Origin: Rhizobiaceae bacterium
GTDB lineage: Bacteria > Pseudomonadota > Alphaproteobacteria > Rhizobiales > Rhizobiaceae
DNA length: 64,000 bases
Direction of reading: 5' to 3'
Assembly (NCBI GenBank): GCA_039977975.1
Contig: JBDWCD010000010.1
Span: forward strand, 20,939-84,938
The notes under the pieces are model-generated. The model was not told where the DNA came from. It worked only from the letters and a program-made list of their open reading frames with translations, and did no database searches. Shown here piece after piece: positions 1 through 9,632 of the stretch; positions within the stretch are counted from its first letter, which is position 1, and every line of letters begins with the position of its first letter. The position numbers and the translations under genes are program-made.

Positions 1-1
1 C

Positions 2-346
2 GGCATCCATAAGCCTTTGCGCAAAAAAAGGAAACCATTGGTGTTTCCATTTTACGATAGCCACCTCCGTACCAAAGGGCAGGGTGGCTTTGCGTTGGTC
101 AATTACGCTTGTGGATTGTATGTCGATTACCCTGGTCTCCAGAACCGTCGCCTCCCGGTCAATGCCAAATCGAGAGGTTTGCGTCGACAATTGATATTGC
201 GCGGATATCAGGGAATGGGAAAATATTTACTCCCGATAGTTGATGCAGACAGGGCAGATGCTTGGTGGGCGGATTCTGCGAGTAAAATCGATCGGAAGGC
301 TGGATTGTTTGGCAAATTTAGCAAAAAAAATCGCCTTTTGATTTAA
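2..346 (+). CDS. Possible hypothetical protein, open at the left window edge; may be spurious
   Basis: Frame is open from base 2 to the TAA at 344-346, with no recognisable motif. A minus-strand ATG at 50-48 preceded by an SD-like GGAGG/GGTGG is an alternative reading. Confidence 0.25.
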   Translation, partial: GIHKPLRKKRKPLVFPFYDSHLRTKGQGGFALVNYACGLYVDYPGLQNRRLPVNAKSRGLRRQLILRGYQGMGKYLLPIVDADRADAWWADSASKIDRKAGLFGKFSKKNRLLI

Positions 347-384
347 GTAGTTGATATCAGGGAAAAAATCATTCCACTTATTGG

Positions 385-413
385 TTGTATATTTTTTTCA
401 TTTCCCCTAAATA
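385..413 (+). promoter_or_regulatory. Sigma70-type promoter of tRNA-Thr
   Basis: TTGTAT (385-390), a 17-nt spacer, then TAAATA (408-413), ending 10 nt before the tRNA 5' end. Confidence 0.55.
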
Positions 414-423
414 ACACGCCAGT

Positions 424-499
424 GCCCTTATAGCTCAGCTGGTAGAGCAACTGATTTGTAATCAGTAGGTCCGCGGTTCGAGTCCGTGTGGGGGCACCA
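424..499 (+). tRNA. tRNA-Thr(UGU)
   Basis: 76-nt cloverleaf: acceptor stem GCCCTTA/TGGGGGC, D arm AGCTCAGCTGGTAGAGC, anticodon arm ACTGA-TTTGTAA-TCAGT (anticodon TGT), T loop GGTTCGAGTCC, encoded CCA end. Confidence 0.97.
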
Positions 500-693
500 T
501 TTTTCTACAACGTTTTTGATCTATGTGCGATTTTGCAGGCCATCCGCATGCGGATCAAAACTGTGGGTGGGCATGTTGGTCACCCGACAGACTGCCATAG
601 CCAAAATACTCAGGAACCCAGTGACCAATAACATGGTCTCCATGAGAGAATTTCGTTACCCTGCAAATCTATGCAATCGGTCTCCGGGGTTTT

Positions 694-2007
694 ATGGCAC
701 AGCAGCAGAATATTGGTGCGCAATTGTTTTTCAGCCTGATGGAGTCTGAGAAACTACCACCTGGGGAGCTAAAGTCTTACTGCCAAAATCAACTTCTTCA
801 GACACTTTCCCATGCCGCCAATACGGCGCCGTTTTATGCCGAGAGGCTGAAAGCATTCAGATCCAATCCGGGTAGAATTGACCCGGAAACCTGGCAGCAA
901 ATACCACTTTTGACCCGCGCCGATATCCTGAACAATCTGGATGACATAGCCAGTTCCGATTACCCGAAAGGGCACGGTGGACATCATTTTACCGGCACAT
1001 CCGGCACGTCAGGAATATCGATACTGGTCAAATACACCACGCTGGTCGCCTTAACGGAGGCCGCCCTGCAGGACCGTTTCTATGCCAGAATGCGGTTTGA
1101 TGGCGGACGACGTCTCGTTCACATCAAGGGCAACAGAACTGGCGACTATCCCGACGGTCAGATATCAACTCAGCCATGGGCAGGTGAGTATTTAGGAGCT
1201 GGCGGTGAGGGGCTTTCAGTGCAATTGAAACAACCGCTTGCAATGGAAAAACAGCTGGAGTTTTTGAACCGGCAAGGGCCCTGTTATCTCAATACCCAGC
1301 CCAGCAATCTGTCTGGGCTGGCACAGCAGATGCTTTCCGAACCGGGCACCTATCCAAACATCGACATTGCCAAGGTCATAAGCATCGGAGAACTGGTTCA
1401 ACCTTACCACCGGGAACTGGCCCGATCGGCGTTTGACTGCGAAATCACCGATATTTACTCGGCCACCGAAGTCGGCAGTGTGGCCCATCAATGCGCGGCC
1501 GGCAATTTACACGTAAACAGCGAAATTCTTCATGTGGAAGTGCTCAGGGACGATGGAACTGCTTGCGATGAAAATGAAACGGGACGCATTGTTGTCACCT
1601 CAACGATCAACTGGGCGATGCTGCTGATCCGCTATGATATTGGCGATATGGGAGCTCTGTCGACGGGCTGCTCATGCGGCAGCTCGCTGCCGGTGCTCAA
1701 ACTGACGGTTGGTCGAAATCGCAATCTCTTTAAATTCTCGGACGGCACCAGCGTTCTGGGCCTGGTGTCTCTGGCCCAGTTTCACGAGTTTTTCCCGGCC
1801 CAGCAATGGCAGATTGCACAAACCGGACCGGAAGAACTCACGCTACGGTTTTTCAGCAATGCGTCAGAAGAAAATCTGGATTACCCGCGGCTCACTTTGG
1901 CCCTGCAGGAGCATTTCCAGAGGCCGTTGACTGTTCTTTATCGTCGGCAGGAAGCCTTAGCGCTGACCGCTTCTGGCAAACGCCAGGAAGCGGTCAGAGA
2001 AATTTAA
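694..2007 (+). CDS. Phenylacetate-CoA ligase (PaaK/CapK)-like adenylate-forming enzyme
   Basis: 437 aa with P-loop-like FTGTSGTSG, SIGE, DIYSATEVG, GRIVVTS, LIRYDIGDMG, CSCG..LP and GR motifs typical of the PaaK/CapK family. Confidence 0.8.
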   Translation: MAQQQNIGAQLFFSLMESEKLPPGELKSYCQNQLLQTLSHAANTAPFYAERLKAFRSNPGRIDPETWQQIPLLTRADILNNLDDIASSDYPKGHGGHHFTGTSGTSGISILVKYTTLVALTEAALQDRFYARMRFDGGRRLVHIKGNRTGDYPDGQISTQPWAGEYLGAGGEGLSVQLKQPLAMEKQLEFLNRQGPCYLNTQPSNLSGLAQQMLSEPGTYPNIDIAKVISIGELVQPYHRELARSAFDCEITDIYSATEVGSVAHQCAAGNLHVNSEILHVEVLRDDGTACDENETGRIVVTSTINWAMLLIRYDIGDMGALSTGCSCGSSLPVLKLTVGRNRNLFKFSDGTSVLGLVSLAQFHEFFPAQQWQIAQTGPEELTLRFFSNASEENLDYPRLTLALQEHFQRPLTVLYRRQEALALTASGKRQEAVREI

Positions 2008-2015
2008 CCTGGGGT

Positions 2016-2945
2016 TCAAGTGTCCAGACTTATATACCTCATCATCGGTGCTTCGCCACAACCGGTATCGGAAGGAATGGTATCGAGCAACAAGGTGCGC
2101 GCGAGGCGAGGGTTAAATGACGGCTGGACAAATTCGCAGACATCCAGCCCATTCAGGTCCAGCAAACGTGGTTTGGGGTCATCCTGGCGGTGACGATCAA
2201 TGAGGGATTTGCCCTGCTCGCCAAAATAGATGCGAAGCCCGGCTCTGACGCTTGTCGCGTCATCGCCAAAGGATGCATTGGTGTAGATTGACGTGTTGTT
2301 ATGAAACATTGGAAGAATGGCTTCAAAGCCAATCGTTGCAACAGTTTCATCAAATTTTAGATTTACACCAGCTTCAATTCTCGTGTTGTCATTGATGTAA
2401 TAGGCAGCGGTGAAATCCAAGTTCGCATAGGTTTGGTCAATTGCGCCGCCATCAACATGATCGGCACCAGCAAAGCCCTCAAGGGAGACCTGGTTCAAAT
2501 ACCATTCGGCTTCGATACCATAGCGGTAGGAATCCAATTCAACCAGGCCGAAATCGGTGTTCAGATAGTGCGCATAGACACCCAGCAGGCCGACGGATGG
2601 ATCGCGTGTGAAGACGTGACCGGCGATACCGTACTGATCTATGTCGCCAACCGGATTGCCTGCATCGTTGCGGCTGAGGCCCGCATCAATCTGCCAACCG
2701 AAGCGCTGTCCCAATGGCGCCGACAAGGAACCAACGACCGCAGCGCCGTGGACATCGTCAACGGGGCCGCCCAGATCCGTGTAGAGATAACTGAAATCCA
2801 GTTTGGCGTTCACACCCGATACAGCGGGCAGGGAATTTTCGTCGCCCAAGGCTAAATCGGTTGCCAGTGCGGTTGTTGTGTGAAGAACTGCGATCATCGC
2901 AGCAAGGCCCATACATTTACCCGCTGAATACTTGCTCAAAATCAT
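2016..2945 (-). CDS. Secreted outer-membrane beta-barrel-like hypothetical protein
   Basis: N-terminal signal peptide (..TTTALA), many amphipathic beta-strands with alternating aromatic residues, final strand RAGLRIYFG followed by RHRQDDP and a short tail. Confidence 0.6.
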   Translation of the reverse strand: MILSKYSAGKCMGLAAMIAVLHTTTALATDLALGDENSLPAVSGVNAKLDFSYLYTDLGGPVDDVHGAAVVGSLSAPLGQRFGWQIDAGLSRNDAGNPVGDIDQYGIAGHVFTRDPSVGLLGVYAHYLNTDFGLVELDSYRYGIEAEWYLNQVSLEGFAGADHVDGGAIDQTYANLDFTAAYYINDNTRIEAGVNLKFDETVATIGFEAILPMFHNNTSIYTNASFGDDATSVRAGLRIYFGEQGKSLIDRHRQDDPKPRLLDLNGLDVCEFVQPSFNPRLARTLLLDTIPSDTGCGEAPMMRYISLDT

Positions 2946-3100
2946 TTCAGCAAACTCCTACTAATCCTACTTTAGCGGATATAGCACAGAAATCGTATTT
3001 ATGTGTTGCATAAATGCAATAGAAGCCTGAGATTCGAGCACCTGATAATTGTGCATGGGTTTGGGGATTTGCACGGCGACTAGCCGCCCCACCTCCGAGT

Positions 3101-3709
3101 CTAGCTGTGGCTCCAATTATCCGGTTCGTCGGAATTGTTTGGTGACAGGCCAAGGATATCGCCTTTTGTGGAGCATCCAAGACCCTGCACCGTTCGGTTG
3201 GCATAGGAGAAATAGGCAGATACCTGATTTATCTCCAGAACCTCACCGTCTGTATAACCGGCTGCAAGCAATCGCATGACGATGTTCCGGCTCATGCCGG
3301 CAGGATCACGGGTCAGTTGTCGGGAATATTCCATCGCGACCTTCTGGCGCGCGTCGAGAGGTGCGTGTTCTATGTCGCGGCTTTCGATGGCGGCACGAAG
3401 GGCGTCTGCTCTCTCATCGTCGCCCAGAAGCCGCTTAAGCCCGGCAAAATGGTGCTCGACGCAATAGGTGCATTCGTTCAAGGAACTGACCCAGACTCCC
3501 AGCGTTTCCAGAAACCATTTGTCGATCGTATTGCCCGAATGGTGCAGCACATATTTGTAGATCGCCATATGGCCTTCCATTGAATGGGGTCGCAGAGAAT
3601 GCATCATCATGATGTTGTCGACATTGTTGTCCGGCCCCTTCACACGGTCATAGAGCTTTTTGAGTTTGCCGGTGGCATCGTCGTAGTCGATGGTTTCAAT
3701 CCAGGCCAT
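3101..3709 (-). CDS. AhpD/carboxymuconolactone decarboxylase family peroxidase-related protein
   Basis: 202 aa; VSSLNECTYCVEHH CxxC motif and EINQVSAYFSYANR. Confidence 0.85.
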   Translation of the reverse strand: MAWIETIDYDDATGKLKKLYDRVKGPDNNVDNIMMMHSLRPHSMEGHMAIYKYVLHHSGNTIDKWFLETLGVWVSSLNECTYCVEHHFAGLKRLLGDDERADALRAAIESRDIEHAPLDARQKVAMEYSRQLTRDPAGMSRNIVMRLLAAGYTDGEVLEINQVSAYFSYANRTVQGLGCSTKGDILGLSPNNSDEPDNWSHS

Positions 3710-3735
3710 TTGCTTGTCCTCGCGGAATGGTGGCT

Positions 3736-4542
3736 CTAAAGATTCGGTTGCCAGCTGGCGGTGTTCAGCGCCTTGTCATGCAGGACAAAGGACAGACCGT
3801 GCCAGCCAAACTGCAGATGGGGAATCAGCTCCCACCTGTCGAGATTGCCAAAGCATTCCATCATTGCCAGACGTTCACCGGAGGGTTGCTTGTCTGACCA
3901 GCAATAATAGTCGTCAAAGGCGATGATCATTCCGTGTTTGAAACGTGGCGTGAGGAATTCCAGCACGTCCATGGTGCTGGAATAGAGATCGCAGTCGATA
4001 TAGGCCAAAGCAATGTTGTCGGGTGCTTCATCGGCGGGCAGGTTGGGCAGAACGTCTGAAAAGAAACCGGCGTGAACCGTGTAGGCCGATTGAGGCACAC
4101 CGCGTGACTTGCACAGGCGATGAAAGTCTTCCAGCGACGTGGACATGCGCCCCTTTATCCATTTGGGATGATAGTCCTGATCACCGACTTGGTCGGGAAA
4201 GCCCTGGAAGGAATCAAAGGCCCATAGTTTCGCCTTGTGCCGGTGCAGGGCGGCCTGATGATAGGCGAGGCAGAAAGTAGTGGCGCCATGGCTGCCAAAT
4301 TCGACATAATCGCCGTCAATCTGGTTGAAAGACAGGGCGCGGAAGGTCAGGTAGAAGAACTCTTCGCGGCCCAGGCGTTCGCGGTATTTGATACGTGAGT
4401 CGAAGGGCACATTGCTGGTCTGCTCCTGCAATTGTGCCACCTGGCGTTGAAGCTGTCGGACTTGCCCCCGCAAACGCGCCGTTTCGGCTTTCCTGAGGCT
4501 TTTGACACCATTTCGACTACTTGGTCTGTTCAATCTCGACAC
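3736..4542 (-). CDS. TylF/MycF-type (macrocin) O-methyltransferase
   Basis: GDYVEFGS, LWAFDSFQGFP, GFFSD, IALAYIDCDLYSST and IIAFDDY motifs; short N-terminal coiled coil; GTG start is uncertain. Confidence 0.8.
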   Translation of the reverse strand: MSRLNRPSSRNGVKSLRKAETARLRGQVRQLQRQVAQLQEQTSNVPFDSRIKYRERLGREEFFYLTFRALSFNQIDGDYVEFGSHGATTFCLAYHQAALHRHKAKLWAFDSFQGFPDQVGDQDYHPKWIKGRMSTSLEDFHRLCKSRGVPQSAYTVHAGFFSDVLPNLPADEAPDNIALAYIDCDLYSSTMDVLEFLTPRFKHGMIIAFDDYYCWSDKQPSGERLAMMECFGNLDRWELIPHLQFGWHGLSFVLHDKALNTASWQPNL

Positions 4543-4699
4543 TGATTAGTTCCGCAATTTATCCAGCTGCGCCATTTCTAGCACAATCTGGCGCAAGGCC
4601 CAGAGGCAGGCAGTGCTCTCCTGTCAGACATTGGTTCAATTTCCATCACAAACCTGAAAGGGTCTAAGGTGCAGCAAACACGCATCCAAGAGATAAGTC

Positions 4700-5455
4700 A
4701 TGCATCTGTTTGAACCCAACATGTTTCACGATAAAACCGTTGTCATCACCGGCGCGGGGCGGGGCATTGGCCGAGCGGTTGCGCAATTGTTCAAACAGCA
4801 TGGTGCCAAACTGATCGCTCATTCGGGACGGGTCGGGACCGCCGGGCGGCTGGAAGGCATAGCCGATCAGGTGATTGAGGCAGATTTCAGCGGGCCAGGG
4901 GGAGCGGCAGATTTCACCGCCGCAGTATTGAAGCAGTGCGACCGCATTGATGTGCTGATCAACAATGCTGGCACGATGCATGGCCGATTTCCGGCGGACC
5001 AGTTGACCGATGAAGCCTATCAGGCGCTGGTTGCGCTCAATCAAACGTCGGTGGTTGCAATTACCCGTGAGCTGATACCGGAGCTGCGTCGGGCCGATGC
5101 GGCGGCGATCATCAACACGGTTTCTATTTCCGCAAAAACCGGCGGCAGTCCGGGATCGTCCATTTACAGTGCTACCAAAGCCTTTGTCAGCACTTATACC
5201 AGATCGCTGGCGAGGGAATTGGCGCCGGATGGAATTCGCGTCAATGCGGTGTCGCCCGGCACCATTGATACAGATTTTCACCAGCGCTACTCGTCGCCGG
5301 AAAAGCTGGAAACGACGCGTCAGCAAATCCCACTGGGTCGACTGGGCACGCCTGAAGACTGTGCGCCGGCCTTTCTGTTTTTCGCGTCTGCATCTTTATC
5401 TGGCTACATCACCGGCCAAACGCTTGAAATCAATGGCGGCCATTTGATGGTTTGA
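4700..5455 (+). CDS. SDR oxidoreductase resembling DEH reductase (Sphingomonas A1-R type)
   Basis: TGAGRGIG, NNAG, YSATK catalytic motif, GGSPG, SPGTIDTDFH and APAFLFFAS..SGYITGQ.LEINGG match A1-R as I recall it. Confidence 0.8.
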   Translation: MHLFEPNMFHDKTVVITGAGRGIGRAVAQLFKQHGAKLIAHSGRVGTAGRLEGIADQVIEADFSGPGGAADFTAAVLKQCDRIDVLINNAGTMHGRFPADQLTDEAYQALVALNQTSVVAITRELIPELRRADAAAIINTVSISAKTGGSPGSSIYSATKAFVSTYTRSLARELAPDGIRVNAVSPGTIDTDFHQRYSSPEKLETTRQQIPLGRLGTPEDCAPAFLFFASASLSGYITGQTLEINGGHLMV

Positions 5456-5466
5456 CGCCGGGTCCC

Positions 5467-5850
5467 CTATGCGGGCAAATGGCACACGGCTTCGATATTG
5501 TTGCCGTCGGGATCCAGCACGAAGGCGCCGTAATAGTTCTGGTGATAGTGGAGGCGCAATCCCGGCGGCCCATTGTCACGGCCGCCAGCGGCCAATGCGG
5601 CGGCGTGGAACGCGTCCACCTGGGCCCGGGATTCCGCCGCCAGGGCGATATGCAGGCCCGGGTCCTGTGGCTCGCCCTGGGAAATCCAGAAGGTTGGCCT
5701 GTCGCGGCCATAGCCACCAACATCCACACCGTCGGTATACTCCTTCGGTACCATGTACAAAAGCGAACCATTTAAAGCTGCAAAAGCCGCATCATAGAAT
5801 TTCCGGGCGGTGCTGAAATCGGCGACACTGATACCGGTATGATCAATCAT
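5467..5850 (-). CDS. VOC/glyoxalase family protein
   Basis: MIDHTGISV..., HIALAAESRAQVDAFHAAALAAGG and YYGAFVLDPDGNNIEAV. Confidence 0.92.
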   Translation of the reverse strand: MIDHTGISVADFSTARKFYDAAFAALNGSLLYMVPKEYTDGVDVGGYGRDRPTFWISQGEPQDPGLHIALAAESRAQVDAFHAAALAAGGRDNGPPGLRLHYHQNYYGAFVLDPDGNNIEAVCHLPA

Positions 5851-5889
5851 GACATGTCCTTACGTTTGCAGCGGCGGTGTTCTGGTTGA

Positions 5890-6822
5890 TTAGTCTTCGG
5901 CGATGATCGCTCCCCGGTGGCCGACAACCTTTGACGCCAACTGGTGACCGGCCAGAAGGCAAGTTGCGGCATCGTCACCTTGCAGGAAGGCGGCCAGGTA
6001 TCCGGCGTTGAAACTGTCGCCGGCTGCCGTTGTGTCGACGACCTTTTCAGCCGGTGGAAAGGACGGCAAAAGATCTGCGGCAAGCGCCGGACTGACCGGT
6101 CCCTTGACGCCACGCTTGATGGCACAGGCCCGCCATTGTCTGCTGGCAAAGCGGGCAATGACCGCCTGTTCGGAAGTCTCTCCGAACAGGTCCATTTCGT
6201 CATCAATGGAGGGCAGGGCGATATCCGCCATGTCCCACATTTCAGACATTACCGAGCGTGCGGTTGACTGATCTTCCCAAAGAGCGGGGCGGTAGTTTGA
6301 GTCAAAGGCAACCAGTGTGGCGCCGCTTTTTGACTGGGCGGCAAGATGGTCCATCAACCGTCGACGGGCCGGGGCGCTGATAATGGCCAGCGAGATGCCC
6401 GACAGATAGGTGATGCGCGCCGGGGGCAGGGCGCTGACGCTCTCGTCGTGGGAAAACAGCTGCCGGGCTGCGGAATTGTCGCGCCAATAGGAAAAACTGC
6501 GCTCGCCGGTGGCGTCGGTGGACACGGCATAGATGCCGATCAGCTTTTCCCTGTCGCGGGCGATGTGATCGGTTCCAAGCCCTTCGCGTTTCGCCATTGC
6601 AATGAGATCGTCGGACAGGGGGTCAGACCCGACGCGGGTGAAATAGCCAACTTTCCCACTCGTTCTCAGTTGACGGGCGCAATAGACGGCCGTGTTGAAA
6701 GTGTCACCTGCAAATCCGACCTTAAAGCCACTCTCACCGCCGCCGCCGCCGCCGTCGCCGCCGCTGCGGCGAAGTTCGGCCATGACTTCGCCGATGGCCA
6801 ACAGGTCCAGTTGATCACTCAT
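5890..6822 (-). CDS. kdgK: 2-keto-3-deoxygluconate kinase (PfkB family)
   Basis: IGEVMAEL, GFAGDTFNTAVY, FDSNYRPALW, DTTAAGDSFNAGYL. Start trimmed to the ATG at 6822. Confidence 0.88.
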   Translation of the reverse strand: MSDQLDLLAIGEVMAELRRSGGDGGGGGGESGFKVGFAGDTFNTAVYCARQLRTSGKVGYFTRVGSDPLSDDLIAMAKREGLGTDHIARDREKLIGIYAVSTDATGERSFSYWRDNSAARQLFSHDESVSALPPARITYLSGISLAIISAPARRRLMDHLAAQSKSGATLVAFDSNYRPALWEDQSTARSVMSEMWDMADIALPSIDDEMDLFGETSEQAVIARFASRQWRACAIKRGVKGPVSPALAADLLPSFPPAEKVVDTTAAGDSFNAGYLAAFLQGDDAATCLLAGHQLASKVVGHRGAIIAED

Positions 6823-6844
6823 GTCTGAAGTATCTCCCCGGCCT

Positions 6845-7615
6845 CTAACGGCCCATCCAGCCGCCATCGACGGTCAGGATTTCGCCGCTGACATAGTCAG
6901 AGGCGGATGAGGCGAGAAACACTGCTGGTCCGGCAAAGTCCTCAGGACGACCCCAACGACCTGCGGGAATGCGTTCCAAGATGCTCTTTGACCGGTCAGG
7001 ATCATCCTGCAGAGCCTGGGTATTGTCTGTGGCGATATAGCCAGGCGCGATGGCGTTGACGTTGACGCCTTTTGACGCCCATTCGTTGGCAAATGCCTTG
7101 GTCAGTTGACCGATACCGCCCTTGGAGGCGGAATAGCCTGGCACGGTAATGCCGCCCTGGAAGGTGAGCAGCGAGGCCGTGAAGATGATTTTACCGCTAC
7201 CACGTTCAACCATGGTCTTGCCGACTTCACGGGTGAGAACGAATTGAGCTGACAGATTGACCTCGATTACCTCATCCCACAATTCGTCTTCGTGTTCTGC
7301 CGCCGGTTTACGTTTGATGGTGCCGGCATTGTTAATCAGGATGTCAATTGTCGGATGGTCGGCGACAACCTGTGCTGCAAAGCTGCGCACCGAGTCGCGG
7401 TTTGAAAAATCACACTGATAGGCCGAGAAATTGCGGCCCATGGCGCGAATGGCTTCGCCGACTTCACCACCGTCGGCGCCCAATGTGGCGCTGACGCCGA
7501 TAATATCGGCACCGGCGGAGGCCAGGGCCTCAGCCATGCCGCGGCCAATGCCGCGTTTGGCGCCGGTGACAAGAGCGGTTTTGCCGGTAAGATCAAATGA
7601 ATTGAGAATGCTCAT
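6845..7615 (-). CDS. kduD: 2-dehydro-3-deoxy-D-gluconate 5-dehydrogenase (KduD-type SDR)
   Basis: TGAKRGIG, NNAGTIKR, FQGGITVPGYSASKGG, NEWASKGVNVNAIAPGYIATDNT, VDGGWMGR. Confidence 0.9.
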   Translation of the reverse strand: MSILNSFDLTGKTALVTGAKRGIGRGMAEALASAGADIIGVSATLGADGGEVGEAIRAMGRNFSAYQCDFSNRDSVRSFAAQVVADHPTIDILINNAGTIKRKPAAEHEDELWDEVIEVNLSAQFVLTREVGKTMVERGSGKIIFTASLLTFQGGITVPGYSASKGGIGQLTKAFANEWASKGVNVNAIAPGYIATDNTQALQDDPDRSKSILERIPAGRWGRPEDFAGPAVFLASSASDYVSGEILTVDGGWMGR

Positions 7616-8646
7616 GTTGCGGTCTCCGAAATGCGGATCATGGATTTCATGGCGTTAGGGTTGGTGGTCAGCGCTTCAAACGCCCCCTGTATTTCATCCA
7701 GGCCCTTTATATCGGTGATGAAGCTGTCGCAATCGACCACGCCTTCATCAAGCAGTTTCATGGCTTCGTCATAGTCTTCCTTGTGATAAACGCGGGCACC
7801 AACCATTTCCAGCTCGCGCCAGAAGAACTTGAAAAGATCGATGGTTGGTTTGGTTGCGTGGATGGCGACCATGACGATGCGGCCGCGTGTGGCAGCCGCT
7901 TCAGTCATCAGATCAACACCGGGCTGGCTGCCGGAAACTTCAAACACCACATCGGCCCCTTTGCCACCGGTCGTGTCATGCATTGTCTTGGCGACGTCAT
8001 CGGATTTCGGGTTCAGCGTCTTGAAGCCAAGCTTTTGCGCATAGGCGAGACGGTTCTCATTGATTTCCGAGATTGTCACATCGCCCCCGGCATTGCGGGC
8101 CACCAGGGCGACAAGCATGCCGATGGGTCCGCCACCGATCACCAGCACATCCTCACCCTGTGCCACACGGCCACGCTGGACATCATGGCAGGCCACGGCG
8201 AGAGGTTCGATCAGGGCGGCGTGGGACAGGTCAAGATCAGCGGGCAATACATGGATCGTATGGGCCGGCACATTCCATTTTTGCTGGAACGCCCCTTCGC
8301 TGTCGATGCCAATAAATTTCAGATTGTGGCAGACATGTTCGTGGCCGGCATTGCATGCCGGGCAGTCGCCACAATGGTCCAGCGGTCGAACGACAATGTT
8401 CTGACCAACTTCCAGACCGGTGACACCTTCACCGATGGCCGATATAACCCCCGACATTTCATGACCAATTGTGCGCTCAAAGCCCACCCGCGCGTCCATA
8501 TGTCCAAGATAGATATGCAGATCAGTGCCGCATATGCCGCAATAGGCAACATCCACCTGAACCTCACCGGTGGCCGGAGCTGCGGCTTGCTTTTCATCCA
8601 CACTGAATGTCTTGTCACCGCGATAGACGGCTGCTTTGATCGTCAT
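7612..8646 (-). CDS. Zn-dependent (MDR) sugar-acid dehydrogenase
   Basis: CGICGTDLH, GHEMSG, structural-Zn CGDCPACNAGHEHVC and GGGPIG. Start trimmed to the ATG at 8646; the stop overlaps the kduD start. Confidence 0.88.
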   Translation of the reverse strand: MTIKAAVYRGDKTFSVDEKQAAAPATGEVQVDVAYCGICGTDLHIYLGHMDARVGFERTIGHEMSGVISAIGEGVTGLEVGQNIVVRPLDHCGDCPACNAGHEHVCHNLKFIGIDSEGAFQQKWNVPAHTIHVLPADLDLSHAALIEPLAVACHDVQRGRVAQGEDVLVIGGGPIGMLVALVARNAGGDVTISEINENRLAYAQKLGFKTLNPKSDDVAKTMHDTTGGKGADVVFEVSGSQPGVDLMTEAAATRGRIVMVAIHATKPTIDLFKFFWRELEMVGARVYHKEDYDEAMKLLDEGVVDCDSFITDIKGLDEIQGAFEALTTNPNAMKSMIRISETAT

Positions 8647-8900
8647 GAAGATTACACCTTTTTCGGTCTTGTTTGTTTGGTTGGGGGCGTTGAGGCGCCT
8701 GTTCGATTTCTGTGGCCACAATGGTCGATCACGGCGTGGCTTAACGCGGCGTTGGCAACGGCAATTGGCTCGGGGCTGAGCGGATATCTGGGACGGATGC
8801 CCGCTCAATTGCCTATTGAATGCCTCATGGCGGGTGAACATGCAACCGCCGTATTGGGTGGCTAAGCGGGCCGCTTCCGTCCGGATGAGGGCACATCAGA

Positions 8901-9431
8901 TTGAGAGATGTTAAATTGATCAGAAAATTTGCCCGATCCGCAGCATTGATCGGTGTGTTGCTGATGTTGAGCGGGTGTTTTGTGAGTACCGTGCCGTTTA
9001 TAAGTGCGGCCGAAGCCGATTTTCCATTTCAATCGATCACTTATGAATTCGAAGGGGAAGATGATCGCGTCACTTTGGTGAGAGTGGGCGATGCCTATAC
9101 AGCCCCGGACGAGCAGGGCGATTCCACATTGCTGATGAAGGCGTTGAAAAACGATCTCTATGTGGTGCAGGCCTCAACTCGCGATGGAGAATCGCGGGTT
9201 TTACTTTATTCGGTTATCAAACTGGCTGCTGACAAGAAAAGTGCAGAATTGATTAGGCCATTCGCTGAGAGCGAAGATCTCATGGCCGCTGCACAGGGCA
9301 GGTTCGGTCTACAGACCTGTCCACAGGATGATCGGATGGTCTGTCTGACCAGCCTTCAGGCCTATATTGACTATGCTTTGTCTTCCCCGGTGCAAGAGCA
9401 AAAACGCATTCGCATTATTGACCTGAAGTGA
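8901..9431 (+). CDS. Hypothetical lipoprotein
   Basis: Basic N-terminus, hydrophobic stretch and lipobox LSGC. Confidence 0.65.
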   Translation: MRDVKLIRKFARSAALIGVLLMLSGCFVSTVPFISAAEADFPFQSITYEFEGEDDRVTLVRVGDAYTAPDEQGDSTLLMKALKNDLYVVQASTRDGESRVLLYSVIKLAADKKSAELIRPFAESEDLMAAAQGRFGLQTCPQDDRMVCLTSLQAYIDYALSSPVQEQKRIRIIDLK

Positions 9432-9632
9432 TCGGGCCAGATGGCATAAAACTCATTGTCTGCTTTGCAACCATCCACGGCCTGGTCAACATAATGTTCG
9501 GTATGTGCATTTTTGCACATACCGTGTCTGCGCCGCCTGAATAGTCTTACCGTGTCGGTGCCTAAAGCCCCCACTTTGCACGCCGACACTTCCGCTCGGG
9601 GCCGTGACAAGTCGTGGTCATTGTTTGGAAGA

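Noticed and set aside
424-3709. Integrative element at tRNA-Thr
   Set aside because: No integrase or transposase, and I did not spot a duplicated tRNA 3' end in the window (checked by eye only).
7612-8841. Long N-terminal extensions of the ORF-track calls (also 5890-6867, 20832-22148, 57189-58034, 58049-59830)
   Set aside because: Family homology and RBS positions favour the downstream ATGs given in the feature list.
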